From an uncultured bacterium (GTDB taxonomy: Bacteria > Planctomycetota > UBA1135 > GCA-002686595): DNA of 64,000 bases. The DNA lies in contig CALSNU010000004.1 in NCBI GenBank assembly GCA_943787795.1, positions 448,001 through 512,000 on the forward strand, read 5' to 3'. The notes beneath the pieces were generated by a model, which was not told the DNA's origin, did not search any database, and saw nothing but the letters and a program-made list of their open reading frames with translations. Within the stretch, counting starts at the first letter, position 1; every line of letters starts with the position of its first letter. The translations under genes and the position numbers were made by a program. Below are positions 47,922 through 57,044 of the stretch, in pieces.

Positions 47922-50615
47922 ATGATGGGTTTTTGTCACCTGGAGCTGCTGCTCCACGCGAACACGACGTGGGTCCTTGGGCTTGTGCCTGCCGGAGGGA
48001 CGAGCGTCCTGGAGAAGCTGCCGCTGATCCTGGGCGGCGCGATCATCGGCGGGTTTGTGGCCTGGTTCCTCGCCAAGCGGCAGAGCCTGACCCAGCACCG
48101 GGTTCAGCAGGAGCTGTGGGACCGCAAGTTCAGGCTCGCCGAGGCGGACCGCGAGTCCGCGGTCACGTCGCTGAACCAGAACAACATCGACGTCAAGCGC
48201 GTCAAGGGGACGTACGAGGCCCACGTGCAGCGCATCACGGGGCTGCAAGCGGAGCTCGCGTCCGAGCGCGCCCACGTGGATCAGCTCCGGGCTCGCATTG
48301 ACGAGCAGGACGAGGCCACTCAGGGGCTGCTTGAAGCCCGCGACTCGAGCGACGCCGCCGCCAGCGCGGCGCGGTCTGAGGCGGAGCAGAAGGCCAGGGG
48401 CCACCGGGAGGTCTCGCAGGAGCGTGACGAGCTCGTCGCCCGCGCGGAGGCGCTGGAGTCCGAGCTCGAGCAGGCGCGAACAAAGATCGCCGAGGACACC
48501 CAGTCCTTCCGCTCCTCCATCGCCGAGCGAGATGAGCAGATCGCAGAGTGGCAGCGCCGCCACGCCGAGGATCAGGAGTCCACCAGCGCCACGCTCACCG
48601 GCCTCGAGGAGCGCATCCTCGAGCTCGAGCCGGCGCCCGCGCTGCTCGAAGAGACCCGGCTCGAGCTCGACGAGTCCCGAGCTGAACGCGCGCGACTCGC
48701 CCGCGACAACGCCAGGGCCGTCGAGGAGATCGAGGCGAAGACCGCCGAGGAGCTCGAGGACCTACAGCGCGCCCACGACGAGACTCAGCGCACCGCGGGC
48801 GCCGAGGCCGCGCGGGTTCAGGCCGAGCTGCGAGAGCGCCTGGCGGAGCTGGAGCCGCTCCCCGAGCAACTCGAGGCCGGCCGCGTCGAGCTGGAGCTGG
48901 TCCGGGCAGAGCTCACCGCCCTGCTGGAGTCGAGCACCGCCGAGAAGGAGGCCGCGACCGAGGAGCTGGAGGCGCTGCGCCGCTCCAGCCAGGAGGCGCG
49001 CGAGACGGCGTCGTCCGAGGCCGGCATCATCCAGGGGCAGCTCCAGAGCCGCCTCGCTGCGCTCGAGCCCCTCCCGGAGAAGCTCGAGGCCAACCGCGTC
49101 GAGCTGGAATCGGTGCGGGCCGAGCTCGCCTCGCTCCTCCAGTCGAGCGCCACCGCGCAGGACGCGGCGGCGGCAGAGCTTGCGACCCTGCGCCGCTCGA
49201 GCCAGGAGGCACGAGAGGCCGCCTCCGCCGAGTTCGGCGTCATCCAGGGAGAGCTCCAATCCCGTCTCACCGCGCTCGAGCCTCTGCCCGAGCAACTCGA
49301 GGCCACCCGCAAGAACCTCGAGACGGTGCGAAGGGACCGGGACACCCTGGCCGAGTCGACGGCCGCCGAGATCCTCGACCTGAAGGGGCAGATCCAAGAG
49401 CTGCTCCCGCTCGAGGGATTGCTCACAGGCAGCCGCAGCGAGGCAGACAAGCTCCGCAGCGAACTCGCGAACCTCGAGGCAACCTCCGCCAACCACGAGT
49501 CCGAGCTGCGAGAGCGCATCGCCGAGCTGGAGCCGCTCCGGGAGCAGCTCAGCGGCGCGCAGAGCGACCTGCGGAACTCGCGTGACCGCGTCTCCGAACT
49601 CGAGCCGCTGGTCTCCCGTCTCGCCCGCGTGGAGACGGAGCTCTCCGCCGCCGGAACAGAGAACAGCTCGCTGAAGACCTCGAGCAGGGAGGAGATCGAC
49701 GCTCTCGAGGCGAAGGTCGAAGAGCTCGAGCCCGTGATCCTCGAACTGGCCCGCCGCGAGGGTGAGCTCACGGTCATGCGCGAGCGCATGTTGACCCTGG
49801 AGCCGCTGCCCGCACAGCTCCGCGACCGGGAGGCCGAGCTCGAGTCGCTTCGCGCGGGCTCGGAGCAGCGCGAGGAAGGCGCACGGTTGAGGGAGCGTGA
49901 GCTCGAGCAACGCTTGAAGCAGCTCGAGGGCATCGAGGACGAGTTCCTCGCGACGCGCAAGGAATTCGGCGACTTCAAGAAGACCGCGGCGCGCGATGCG
50001 CGGGCCTCGGAGCTCGACGCCAAGCGCCTCGCGACAGCGCTTGAGGATGTGTCCGCACGGGCAGCCGAGGTCGAGACACTCCGAGGGCGCCTGACCGAGC
50101 TTCAGGCCTCGCAGAAGGCCGACCAGCGTGAAGCGCACCAGCTCCGGGGCCAGTCCACGAAGCTGGAGACTCGACTGACGAGCACCAAGCTGAAGCTGGA
50201 CGAGCATGCCGCCCAGCTGAAGGAGGCTCGAGCCGAGCTCACCAAGCTCCGCCGGGTCGCGGCTCGGGCCGAGGCCAAGGAGCAGACCGCGGCTGCCAAG
50301 GCGGCTTCAAGCAAGGCCGCAGCCGCGCCGAAGAAGGCCGCCGCCAAGCGCTCTGGCACGAAGGAGAACGTGAAGACCCTCCAACCCGCGCCTCGTCGCG
50401 GCCAGGACGACCTGACCGCGATCAGCGGCATCGGCCCCAGCTACGAGAAGGTGCTGAAGAAGGCCGGGATCCACCGCTTCGAGCAGCTGGCGACCTTGAC
50501 CGCGCCCAAGCTGTCTGCTCTGGCCGAGAAGATCGACATCCCGGTCGACCGGATCAAGAAGGACCGCTGGATCCAGAAGGCCAAGGCGCTGCACCAGAAG
50601 AAGAGCAAGTCGTAG
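47922..50615 (+). CDS. Membrane-anchored long coiled-coil protein with a C-terminal helix-hairpin-helix domain
   Basis: One TM (LILGGAIIGGFVAWFL), about 750 aa of heptad-rich sequence, Lys/Ala linker, DDLTAISGIGP...AGIHRFEQLA...WIQKA. Start uncertain. Confidence 0.8.
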   Translation: MMGFCHLELLLHANTTWVLGLVPAGGTSVLEKLPLILGGAIIGGFVAWFLAKRQSLTQHRVQQELWDRKFRLAEADRESAVTSLNQNNIDVKRVKGTYEAHVQRITGLQAELASERAHVDQLRARIDEQDEATQGLLEARDSSDAAASAARSEAEQKARGHREVSQERDELVARAEALESELEQARTKIAEDTQSFRSSIAERDEQIAEWQRRHAEDQESTSATLTGLEERILELEPAPALLEETRLELDESRAERARLARDNARAVEEIEAKTAEELEDLQRAHDETQRTAGAEAARVQAELRERLAELEPLPEQLEAGRVELELVRAELTALLESSTAEKEAATEELEALRRSSQEARETASSEAGIIQGQLQSRLAALEPLPEKLEANRVELESVRAELASLLQSSATAQDAAAAELATLRRSSQEAREAASAEFGVIQGELQSRLTALEPLPEQLEATRKNLETVRRDRDTLAESTAAEILDLKGQIQELLPLEGLLTGSRSEADKLRSELANLEATSANHESELRERIAELEPLREQLSGAQSDLRNSRDRVSELEPLVSRLARVETELSAAGTENSSLKTSSREEIDALEAKVEELEPVILELARREGELTVMRERMLTLEPLPAQLRDREAELESLRAGSEQREEGARLRERELEQRLKQLEGIEDEFLATRKEFGDFKKTAARDARASELDAKRLATALEDVSARAAEVETLRGRLTELQASQKADQREAHQLRGQSTKLETRLTSTKLKLDEHAAQLKEARAELTKLRRVAARAEAKEQTAAAKAASSKAAAAPKKAAAKRSGTKENVKTLQPAPRRGQDDLTAISGIGPSYEKVLKKAGIHRFEQLATLTAPKLSALAEKIDIPVDRIKKDRWIQKAKALHQKKSKS
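48849..49310 (+). repeat. Internal 213-bp (71-aa) tandem duplication in the coiled-coil gene
   Basis: LEPLPE(Q/K)LEA units start at 48849, 49062 and 49275; LRRSSQEARE is duplicated. Confidence 0.85.
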
Positions 50616-50667
50616 GGCGCAACGCCGCCCCTCAGAGGCCGCCGCATCAGACGCCGCCCCATCGGAC

Positions 50668-50707
50668 GAAGAGCCCGGCTGTCCAAGCAGCCGGGCTCTT
50701 CTCTGTT
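50668..50707 (+). terminator. Rho-independent terminator after the coiled-coil gene
   Basis: GAAGAGCCCGGCTG-tccaag-CAGCCGGGCTCTTC followed by TCTGTT. Confidence 0.7.
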
Positions 50708-50740
50708 CGCAGCGGCGCGCGACCGGCCCACAATGGGGCG

Positions 50741-51469
50741 ATGCCCGCCCGCCCTCCGACCACCGCTGAACGACCGCGCGAAGCCCGGCCCCCCCAGGCG
50801 CCCGGACCCGATCGGTACGGCCTGGCCGCCTGGGTCTACGACGTCGCGACCGCTGGCTGGAGCGGGGGAGCGATCTGGCGTACGAGGGCCCGAGCGCTCG
50901 AGCACTCCGCTCCTGGCTCGACGCTGCTGGTCCCCGGGCCGGGCACCGGACGGCTGGTCGTAGAGGCCGCTCGTCGCGGCCTCAAGGTGACCGCCGTGGA
51001 GCGCTCTCCACGGATGCTCTCGCGCTGTGAGCGGCGCGCCGCTCGCGGCGGCCTCCAGGTCCAGGTTCAGCTGGGGGATGCCCGCGACCTCCCGGCCGAG
51101 CCGCTCTATGACACCGTCGTCCTGGAGCACTTCCTCAACGTGTTCCCGCCCGACCAGATGGTCCACGTACGGGACCAGATGATCGCGCGGGTACGCCCCG
51201 GGGGCGTTCTCGCCGTGGCGGACTTCACGCCACTCGATCCGCAGGCCTCAGGGCTCGCAAGGATGGCCCAGCGGCTCCATCATGTGACCCCTCTGGGAGG
51301 CTGCGCACTGCTCACGGGGAACGCCATGCACCCGATCTACGACCACGGCCACGACCTCGAGGGGCGGCCAGACCTCTCCCTGGAGGCGATCCACGACGAG
51401 CGCAGCTTCGGCTACGGGCCCGCCTGGTTCCGGTGCTGGATCTTCCGCCGGCGGGAGGCGAGCAAGTGA
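50741..51469 (+). CDS. Class I SAM-dependent methyltransferase
   Basis: LVPGPGTG motif I, VERSPRML, GDA, YDTVV, RPGG.LAVADF. Confidence 0.85.
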   Translation: MPARPPTTAERPREARPPQAPGPDRYGLAAWVYDVATAGWSGGAIWRTRARALEHSAPGSTLLVPGPGTGRLVVEAARRGLKVTAVERSPRMLSRCERRAARGGLQVQVQLGDARDLPAEPLYDTVVLEHFLNVFPPDQMVHVRDQMIARVRPGGVLAVADFTPLDPQASGLARMAQRLHHVTPLGGCALLTGNAMHPIYDHGHDLEGRPDLSLEAIHDERSFGYGPAWFRCWIFRRREASK

Positions 51470-52644
51470 CCGCCCCCGCTCCGTCCATTGCCCGCGCCAC
51501 CGCGGTGGCCCTCGCCAGCGGCACCCTGTTGCTCGTCGCCTTCGTCGTCCTCGGATGGCGCGACCTCGACGCCGCCTGGGCCGGGCTGGACTTCAACGCA
51601 GCGCTCTTCGAGGACTTCCTGGGCCCGTACTGGCAGACAGCCTCGGCCTTCGCCGCCGGAGACTGGGAGCCCGCGAAGGGCTACCTCTACCCCGCCTTCG
51701 GCGCGTGGCTCCTCGCGCCCCTCACCGTTCTCGGCGACGCGGCGGCCTCCTGGGGCTGCGCGGCGGCCATGGGCGGCGCCGCCTGCCTGCTGCTCGCGAG
51801 CCTCTTCACCCTGCGCCCGCCGTCGAGCTCCTTGGAGGCCGCAGCCGTGGGGGTCGCGGCGCTGCTCGCCCACCCGGTCGTCCACGGGGCGTACTGGGGC
51901 CAGGCCGCCCTGCCGGTAGCCGCCCTCACCCTGGCCGCCCTCGCCGCGTGGTCCCGCGGCCATGCGGTCGCTGGAGGCGCCCTCCTGGGGATCGCCGCCG
52001 CGATCAAGCTGACGCCGTTGGTCTTCCTCGCGGCTCCCCTCTTCAGCCGAGATCAGCCCGGCCTGCGGCGCGCCCTCGCCTGGGCCGTCGGCTCGTTCCT
52101 GACCTGCGCGGTCCTCCTCCCTCTCATGGCCATGGGCCCCGCCGGGTTCCTCGAGTTCCACGTGGAGGCCGCCCGGAACCTGCGGGCCCTGGCGAGCGAG
52201 GCCTCGACCGCGGCTGGCGGGCGAGGGAGCCAGGACCCCGGCGCGCTGCTCGCGCGGTCCGCCGGCCAGGGAGCGTTCTGGGTCGGCAAGGCCATCGGGC
52301 TCGCCGTGTCGATCCTCCTCATCCACGGAGCTCGAGCCGAGCTCCGTGGACCGGCGCCGCGCTGGGACCTCGTGTTCGTCCTCCTCGCGGCGCTCCCCTG
52401 GCTCCTCGTCACCCCCACCTGGACCCACGGCCTCATCTGGATCGTGGTCGCGTGGCACGCAGGGTGGGGTGGCAGCCTCGCCGGCCGAGGCCTGGTCCTC
52501 GCCTCCCTCGCCCTGGGCTCCCTCCCGCTCCTCCGTTGGACCGATGACCCCGTCCGTCACGCCGAGCTCGGACTCCCCGCCGCGGCGGCGGCCCTCGCGC
52601 TCGCCGCTGCGCTCCTCGCCAGGCGGGAGCCTGCCGCAGATTGA
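51466..52644 (+). CDS. GT87/DUF2029 membrane glycosyltransferase (GT-C)
   Basis: GTGA overlap with the methyltransferase; DF..Y, YLYP, WGQ, GIAAAIKLTP, PTWTH; many TM segments. Confidence 0.8.
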   Translation: MTAPAPSIARATAVALASGTLLLVAFVVLGWRDLDAAWAGLDFNAALFEDFLGPYWQTASAFAAGDWEPAKGYLYPAFGAWLLAPLTVLGDAAASWGCAAAMGGAACLLLASLFTLRPPSSSLEAAAVGVAALLAHPVVHGAYWGQAALPVAALTLAALAAWSRGHAVAGGALLGIAAAIKLTPLVFLAAPLFSRDQPGLRRALAWAVGSFLTCAVLLPLMAMGPAGFLEFHVEAARNLRALASEASTAAGGRGSQDPGALLARSAGQGAFWVGKAIGLAVSILLIHGARAELRGPAPRWDLVFVLLAALPWLLVTPTWTHGLIWIVVAWHAGWGGSLAGRGLVLASLALGSLPLLRWTDDPVRHAELGLPAAAAALALAAALLARREPAAD

Positions 52645-52728
52645 ACCGGCGGACGGATCCGGCTGATCCGTCGGCCACCTGAACGGATCGAGGCTGCTGG
52701 GCCGGCCTGCTGGGCCGGCCGCTTGGAC

Positions 52729-53514
52729 CTAGCGCCCGGGGAGCTCGCTCGCCGGAGCGGGCCCGCGCCTGAGGCGCTGCTCCGCCGCAGCCTCGACCGC
52801 ATCCAGGGCGGCCCCCATGCGCTCCACGGTCTCCGGTGACTCGGTCATCGCCATGATGGGCTCGAGCTCGATGGGCTCCCCCACCTCGATGGCGACCCTG
52901 CTGAAGGGAAGCGGGACCAGCAGGCGATCCCAGGTCCGGAGCTTGAGGCCCCACGAGCAGGCGAAGGAGAGCGGCACCACGGGGCTCCCCGAGAGGCGCG
53001 CGAGCATGATCGCTCCGGGCTTGAATTCGTGCGGCGGCCCCTTCGAGCCGTCCGGCGCGATGAGGGGCGAGAGGTTCGCCTCCTTGATGGCCACGTACAT
53101 GTCCCGCATGGCGAGGGCACCGCTTCGGCGGCCGGAGCCGCGAACGGCGGTCACGCCCAGCTTGTCCAGCAGCCGCGCCCCCAGCTCGCCGTCCTTGGAC
53201 GGGCTGACCAGCGCGCCGGGCACGACGCCCCGAGCCTGAAGTCGGCGCACATAGGCCACCCCCATGATCTGGCGCTGGTGCCAGATGCAGGGGATGAACC
53301 GCTCTTCTCGCTGGAGCAGCGGTTCAAGGTGCTCCTCGCCGTGCACGCGAATGCGCAGCGACGCCCAGTAGAGGCGTAGCGCCTGGGCGAGCAACCACGC
53401 GAAGCGAGGGAAGAGCTCGGTCCGCCACCGCGGCATCGGCTTCTGGGCGCGCGGTGCTCCGCGCTCACGATCGGGGAGCGCCGGCTGGTCGGACTCGGTC
53501 TGCGATCCACCCAT
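52729..53514 (-). CDS. DUF374 lysophospholipid acyltransferase family protein (LpxJ-like)
   Basis: IWHQR, LVSPSKDGE, VRGS, APDGSKGP, G.IMLA, TWDRLLVPLPFS. Confidence 0.85.
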   Translation of the reverse strand: MGGSQTESDQPALPDRERGAPRAQKPMPRWRTELFPRFAWLLAQALRLYWASLRIRVHGEEHLEPLLQREERFIPCIWHQRQIMGVAYVRRLQARGVVPGALVSPSKDGELGARLLDKLGVTAVRGSGRRSGALAMRDMYVAIKEANLSPLIAPDGSKGPPHEFKPGAIMLARLSGSPVVPLSFACSWGLKLRTWDRLLVPLPFSRVAIEVGEPIELEPIMAMTESPETVERMGAALDAVEAAAEQRLRRGPAPASELPGR

Positions 53515-53519
53515 CGGGT

Positions 53520-55535
53520 TCAGCTGCTACCGATCTTGCCGGCCTGAATACGCTCCGAGAGGATCACGGCGAGCCCGCGAATTGTGGGCTGGTCGAAGAA
53601 GTCGCGGATGTCGAGGCCGCCGGGATAGCGGGCCTCGATCAGCCCGTGGATCTCGGCGAGGTCGATAGAGCTCATCCCCTGCTCGAAGAGGTTGTCCTCC
53701 GGGCCGAAGCGCAGCCCGTCGAGCACGTCAGCGCAGAAGCCGCACATCATCGCTTCGATGTCCACCGGGGCACCCGAGCCACCGGGCGGCTCCGGGCTGG
53801 CCTCCTGCGCGCCCGCCGCGGCAGCATCCGCCGCGGCAGAATCCGCCGCGGCAGAATCCGCCGCAGCGGCCGCCGGCGCCTCCGACGGCGGCGGCGCGAG
53901 GACGGCGAGCGCCTCGTCGAAGTCCCCGGCGAGCAGGTCCGCCGCGAGCCGCGCCCGCTGGACCTTGCCGCTCGTGGTCCGCGGGATCTGCTGGACCGGA
54001 ACCACGAGGTCGACGCCGATGCCGTAGACGTCCGACAGGTGCTGCCGCGCGGCGACCGCGGTGTCCGCGAAGCTCGCCGGGTCGCCCCGGTGCACCATGA
54101 ACACCGCCGCCTCCTCGGCGGCCCCCGCGCGCTGGACCGCAGCCACCGCCACCCGCAGGGCGTCCACGCCCAGCGCCGATTGGAGGCTCTCTTCCAGGTC
54201 GTGCGGGTACAGGTTCTGGCCGTTGACGATCACCAGGTCCTTGAGACGCCCGGTGATGTGCAGGGCGCCGTCTCGCATGAAGCCCAGGTCCCCGGTGTCG
54301 AGCCAGCCCTCGCCCTGCAGCGCCGCGGCCGTGGCCGCGGGGTCATCGAGGTACCCCTCGGTGACGTTGTCACCACGGATCCAGACGCGGCCGACGTGGT
54401 CCTCAGGGAGGCCTCCACCGTCTGCGCCCGTGATCCGAACCTCCACCCCGGGGAGCGGCCGGCCACAGCCCACCGTCACCATGGCCTCTTCTCCGCCCGT
54501 CTCCTGGACCCGATCTCCGAGCCCTGAGGCCTCGCGGGCCAGTCGGATGCCCTGGATGATCTCGCCGGCGGCGGGGAAGGTGACCGCCAGGGTGGCCTCG
54601 GCCAGGCCATAGACCGGGAAGATGGTCGAGCGGGCCAGGCCGACCGGCGCGAGGCGGTCGAGGAACTCCTCGGAGAGGGCCAGGGAGATGGGCTCCGCGC
54701 CGTTCATGATCAGCCGCACGCCGGAGAGGTCCACGCCCTCGGGGATCCCCTTGCGGGCGATCGACTTCAGGGCATGGCGGTAGCCGAAGTTCGGGGACGA
54801 CAGGATGGTCGACCCGAGGGCCGCGGCGTCCTGGAGCCAGACCAGCGGGGTGCGCGCGAAGGCGGAGGTCGGCATCAGCGCCTGATCAGCTCCCCAGCGC
54901 AGGGGCGCGAGGTGGAACCCGACGAGCCCCATATCGTGGGAGAGCGGCATCCAGCTGAACGTCCGGTCGGCCGCGCCGAGCCCGATCCCCTCGCCGATGG
55001 AGCGCAGGTTGGCGAGGGCCTGGCCCTGACGGATCATGACGCCCTTCGGCGCCCGGGTGGAGCCCGAGCTGAACTGGATGAAGGCGAGCTCGTCCGACTC
55101 ACGCGGTACCTCCTGCCCGGGGACGCCGCCACCGACGGGCCAGGTCCAACGCTCGGCGAGGTTCGCCTGGTCGAGCAGCCCGAGCCCGGCCTCCTCGATG
55201 ACGAGCGCCGCGCCCGCGCGTCGCTCGAGGATGTCGACGATCTTCGACCGGCTCGACTCGTTGGAGGGCGGCGCGAGGGGCACCGCGATGAGCCCGCCGA
55301 GCTGGCACGCCCAGAAGATCTCAACAAACGCGGCGGGGTCATCCACGGGCATCACGACCTCCTGACCGCGCGTGATCCCCGCGCGCTGGAGGTCTCCGAG
55401 CCGCTCGAGCGCGGCATCCCGCAGCTCGTCGACGGTCATCCATCGGTACTGGCCAGGCTTCTCGAAGAAGCCGAGCCGCTGCTCCCCGCTCCGCTCGGTG
55501 CGGAGGAGGTCGACGAGGGTCTTGGGTTCGGACAT
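53520..55535 (-). CDS. Fatty acyl-AMP ligase (FAAL)-acyl carrier protein didomain
   Basis: FIQFSSGSTRAPKGV, SWMPLSHDMGL, SPNFGY, NGAEPI, YGLAEATLAV, TGDLGF, GRLKDLVI, PRTTSGKVQR; Ala/Pro linker; ACP NLFEQGMSSI...FFDQPTIRGLA. Confidence 0.9.
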   Translation of the reverse strand: MSEPKTLVDLLRTERSGEQRLGFFEKPGQYRWMTVDELRDAALERLGDLQRAGITRGQEVVMPVDDPAAFVEIFWACQLGGLIAVPLAPPSNESSRSKIVDILERRAGAALVIEEAGLGLLDQANLAERWTWPVGGGVPGQEVPRESDELAFIQFSSGSTRAPKGVMIRQGQALANLRSIGEGIGLGAADRTFSWMPLSHDMGLVGFHLAPLRWGADQALMPTSAFARTPLVWLQDAAALGSTILSSPNFGYRHALKSIARKGIPEGVDLSGVRLIMNGAEPISLALSEEFLDRLAPVGLARSTIFPVYGLAEATLAVTFPAAGEIIQGIRLAREASGLGDRVQETGGEEAMVTVGCGRPLPGVEVRITGADGGGLPEDHVGRVWIRGDNVTEGYLDDPAATAAALQGEGWLDTGDLGFMRDGALHITGRLKDLVIVNGQNLYPHDLEESLQSALGVDALRVAVAAVQRAGAAEEAAVFMVHRGDPASFADTAVAARQHLSDVYGIGVDLVVPVQQIPRTTSGKVQRARLAADLLAGDFDEALAVLAPPPSEAPAAAAADSAAADSAAADAAAAGAQEASPEPPGGSGAPVDIEAMMCGFCADVLDGLRFGPEDNLFEQGMSSIDLAEIHGLIEARYPGGLDIRDFFDQPTIRGLAVILSERIQAGKIGSS
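53812..53866 (-). repeat. 15-bp repeats encoding an (AAADS)n linker between FAAL and ACP
   Basis: ccgccgcggcag(a/c)at repeated about 3.5 times. Confidence 0.7.
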
Positions 55536-55547
55536 CGGAGGCGTTCG

Positions 55548-56885
55548 CTATCTGCGCGTGACGCTCAGCGGGATGGGGTCCCGCGCCCGGAGGTTGACGC
55601 CGGGCTCGATGGCCGGCGCCTCGGGGGTGAGCGCGTCGAGATGGTAGCGGGAGGACGCCCAGACGAGATGCTGGACCGTGGCGTTCAGGGCGAAGCCGTC
55701 CCCGGCGCAGCGGCGCGGCCCGGAGGAGAACGGGATATAGGCCCCCCGGACGGGGGCGATGCCGGACGCCGGGATCCGAGAGGGGTCGAAGCGCTCGGGG
55801 CTCTCCCAGTACGCCGGATGGCGATGCAGGATGTAGGGGGTGATCAGGATCTGGGTGCCCGCCGGCACCGGGTGCCCGGCGAGGACGTCGTCCTTGAGGG
55901 CCTTGCGCGTGAACATCCAGACCGGGGGATAGAGGCGCAGGGTCTCGTGAATGACCCGCGAGCCCAGGTCGTAGCGGCCCTGGACCATCTTGCCGTCCAT
56001 GATCGCAGGCCCGGCCTCGTCCACCTCCTCGGCGAGGGCGAGCTGGACGTCCTGGTGGCGGGCGAGCAGGGACCAGGCCCAGGCGGTGGTCGCCGCCGTG
56101 GTCTCGTGACCCGCGACCAGCAGCGTCATCAGCTCATCCACCAGCCCCTCCATGTCGAGGGGCTCCCCGGAGTCACGGTCCCGCGCGGCGAGGTAGCGCC
56201 CGAGGAAGTCCTCGGTCTCTCCGGCCGCCCCGCGGGCGCGGCGGGCCTCCACCAGCTCGCGGACCACCGGCCAGAGCTGGCGGAAGCGCATGGCGAACAT
56301 CAGGTCCCGCTGGACGGTGTCCACCACGAGGTTGAAGGGGTTCCCGCCCTCGCGCGCGTCGAGCGCCTCGAGGTCGTCTCCGAAGACCGAGCGGAGGATG
56401 ATCCGCAGGCCAAGGCGGTTGGCCTCATCCACGATGTCGAGCGGCTCGCCGCTGTCCGCGTGCGCTTCCCAGATCTCGGCGCGCTCCTCGATACAGCGGG
56501 CGATGAGCCCCCCCATGGCGCCGACGCTCGGTCGACTGAACGCGGGCTGAAGCATCTTGCGTCGCGTGCGCCAGTGATCGCCGTCCGACACGATGAGCCC
56601 GTCCCCCAGCAGCATCTTCACGCGCTCGAAGCCGACGCCCTTGCCGTAGTCGGGCTGCCGCCGCGTCAGGATCTCATGGATCGCCTCGGGATCGTTGAGG
56701 ACCCAGACCGGCAGGCCGCCGTCCCCGGCCACGTTGTCGGCGCCACCCTGCGGTGGAATGGCCCAGATGTCCCCGTACTCCGCGAAGCCTCGCTGGAGGA
56801 AGTCCAGGGTCTCCTGGTTCGCGTCGAAGGCGAAGGACGACCCGGGGCCAGGCATGGCGGCGTTGGATCGCGGCGTGGAGGTCAT
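55548..56885 (-). CDS. Cytochrome P450
   Basis: I-helix AGHETT, K-helix ETLR, PERF, heme ligand FSSGPRRCAG. Start at ATG 56885, because the longer ORF start lies inside the tRNA. Confidence 0.93.
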   Translation of the reverse strand: MTSTPRSNAAMPGPGSSFAFDANQETLDFLQRGFAEYGDIWAIPPQGGADNVAGDGGLPVWVLNDPEAIHEILTRRQPDYGKGVGFERVKMLLGDGLIVSDGDHWRTRRKMLQPAFSRPSVGAMGGLIARCIEERAEIWEAHADSGEPLDIVDEANRLGLRIILRSVFGDDLEALDAREGGNPFNLVVDTVQRDLMFAMRFRQLWPVVRELVEARRARGAAGETEDFLGRYLAARDRDSGEPLDMEGLVDELMTLLVAGHETTAATTAWAWSLLARHQDVQLALAEEVDEAGPAIMDGKMVQGRYDLGSRVIHETLRLYPPVWMFTRKALKDDVLAGHPVPAGTQILITPYILHRHPAYWESPERFDPSRIPASGIAPVRGAYIPFSSGPRRCAGDGFALNATVQHLVWASSRYHLDALTPEAPAIEPGVNLRARDPIPLSVTRR

Positions 56886-56929
56886 GGCGTGCGATCCGGC
56901 TCTGGCTGGTGCGTGCGCGGACGCGGGGT

Positions 56930-57006
56930 TGGTGGGCCCTGAAGGACTCGAACCTTCGACCAAGCGATTATGAGTCACCTGCTCTAACCGACTGAGCTAA
57001 GGGCCC
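56930..57006 (-). tRNA. ileX: tRNA-Ile2 (anticodon CAU, lysidine-modified type)
   Basis: GGGCCCTTAGCTCAGTCGGTTAGAGCAGGTGACTCATAATCGCTTGGTCGAAGGTTCGAGTCCTTCAGGGCCCACCA: full 77-nt cloverleaf with encoded CCA; closely resembles enterobacterial ileX rather than tRNA-Met. Confidence 0.9.
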
Positions 57007-57028
57007 GTTCGCCGCGTTCGGCGTCCAG

Positions 57029-57038
57029 AGGGTAACCT
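57029..57038. promoter_or_regulatory. Putative bidirectional promoter: TAACCT (+) and TACCCT (-) sharing TA
   Basis: Predicted + strand start falls on the A of the DinB ATG (57045); the - strand start is 16 nt before the tRNA 5' end. Confidence 0.5.
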
Positions 57039-57044
57039 CTCGAC

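Noticed and set aside
12420..50207. Many long antisense or alternative-frame ORFs (e.g. 12420..14108, 16932..18413, 20903..22645, 28363..30417, 48762..50207)
   Set aside because: Expected in very high-GC DNA where stop codons are rare; each overlaps a motif-bearing gene.
56886..56978. N-terminal extension of the P450 ORF
   Set aside because: It overlaps the tRNA gene; ATG 56885 is the plausible start.
56930..57006. tRNA-Met assignment, and tRNA-anchored genomic island
   Set aside because: The sequence matches the Ile2 pattern (no initiator C1:A72 mismatch or triple G-C anticodon stem). I saw no integrase, att duplication or obvious composition shift.
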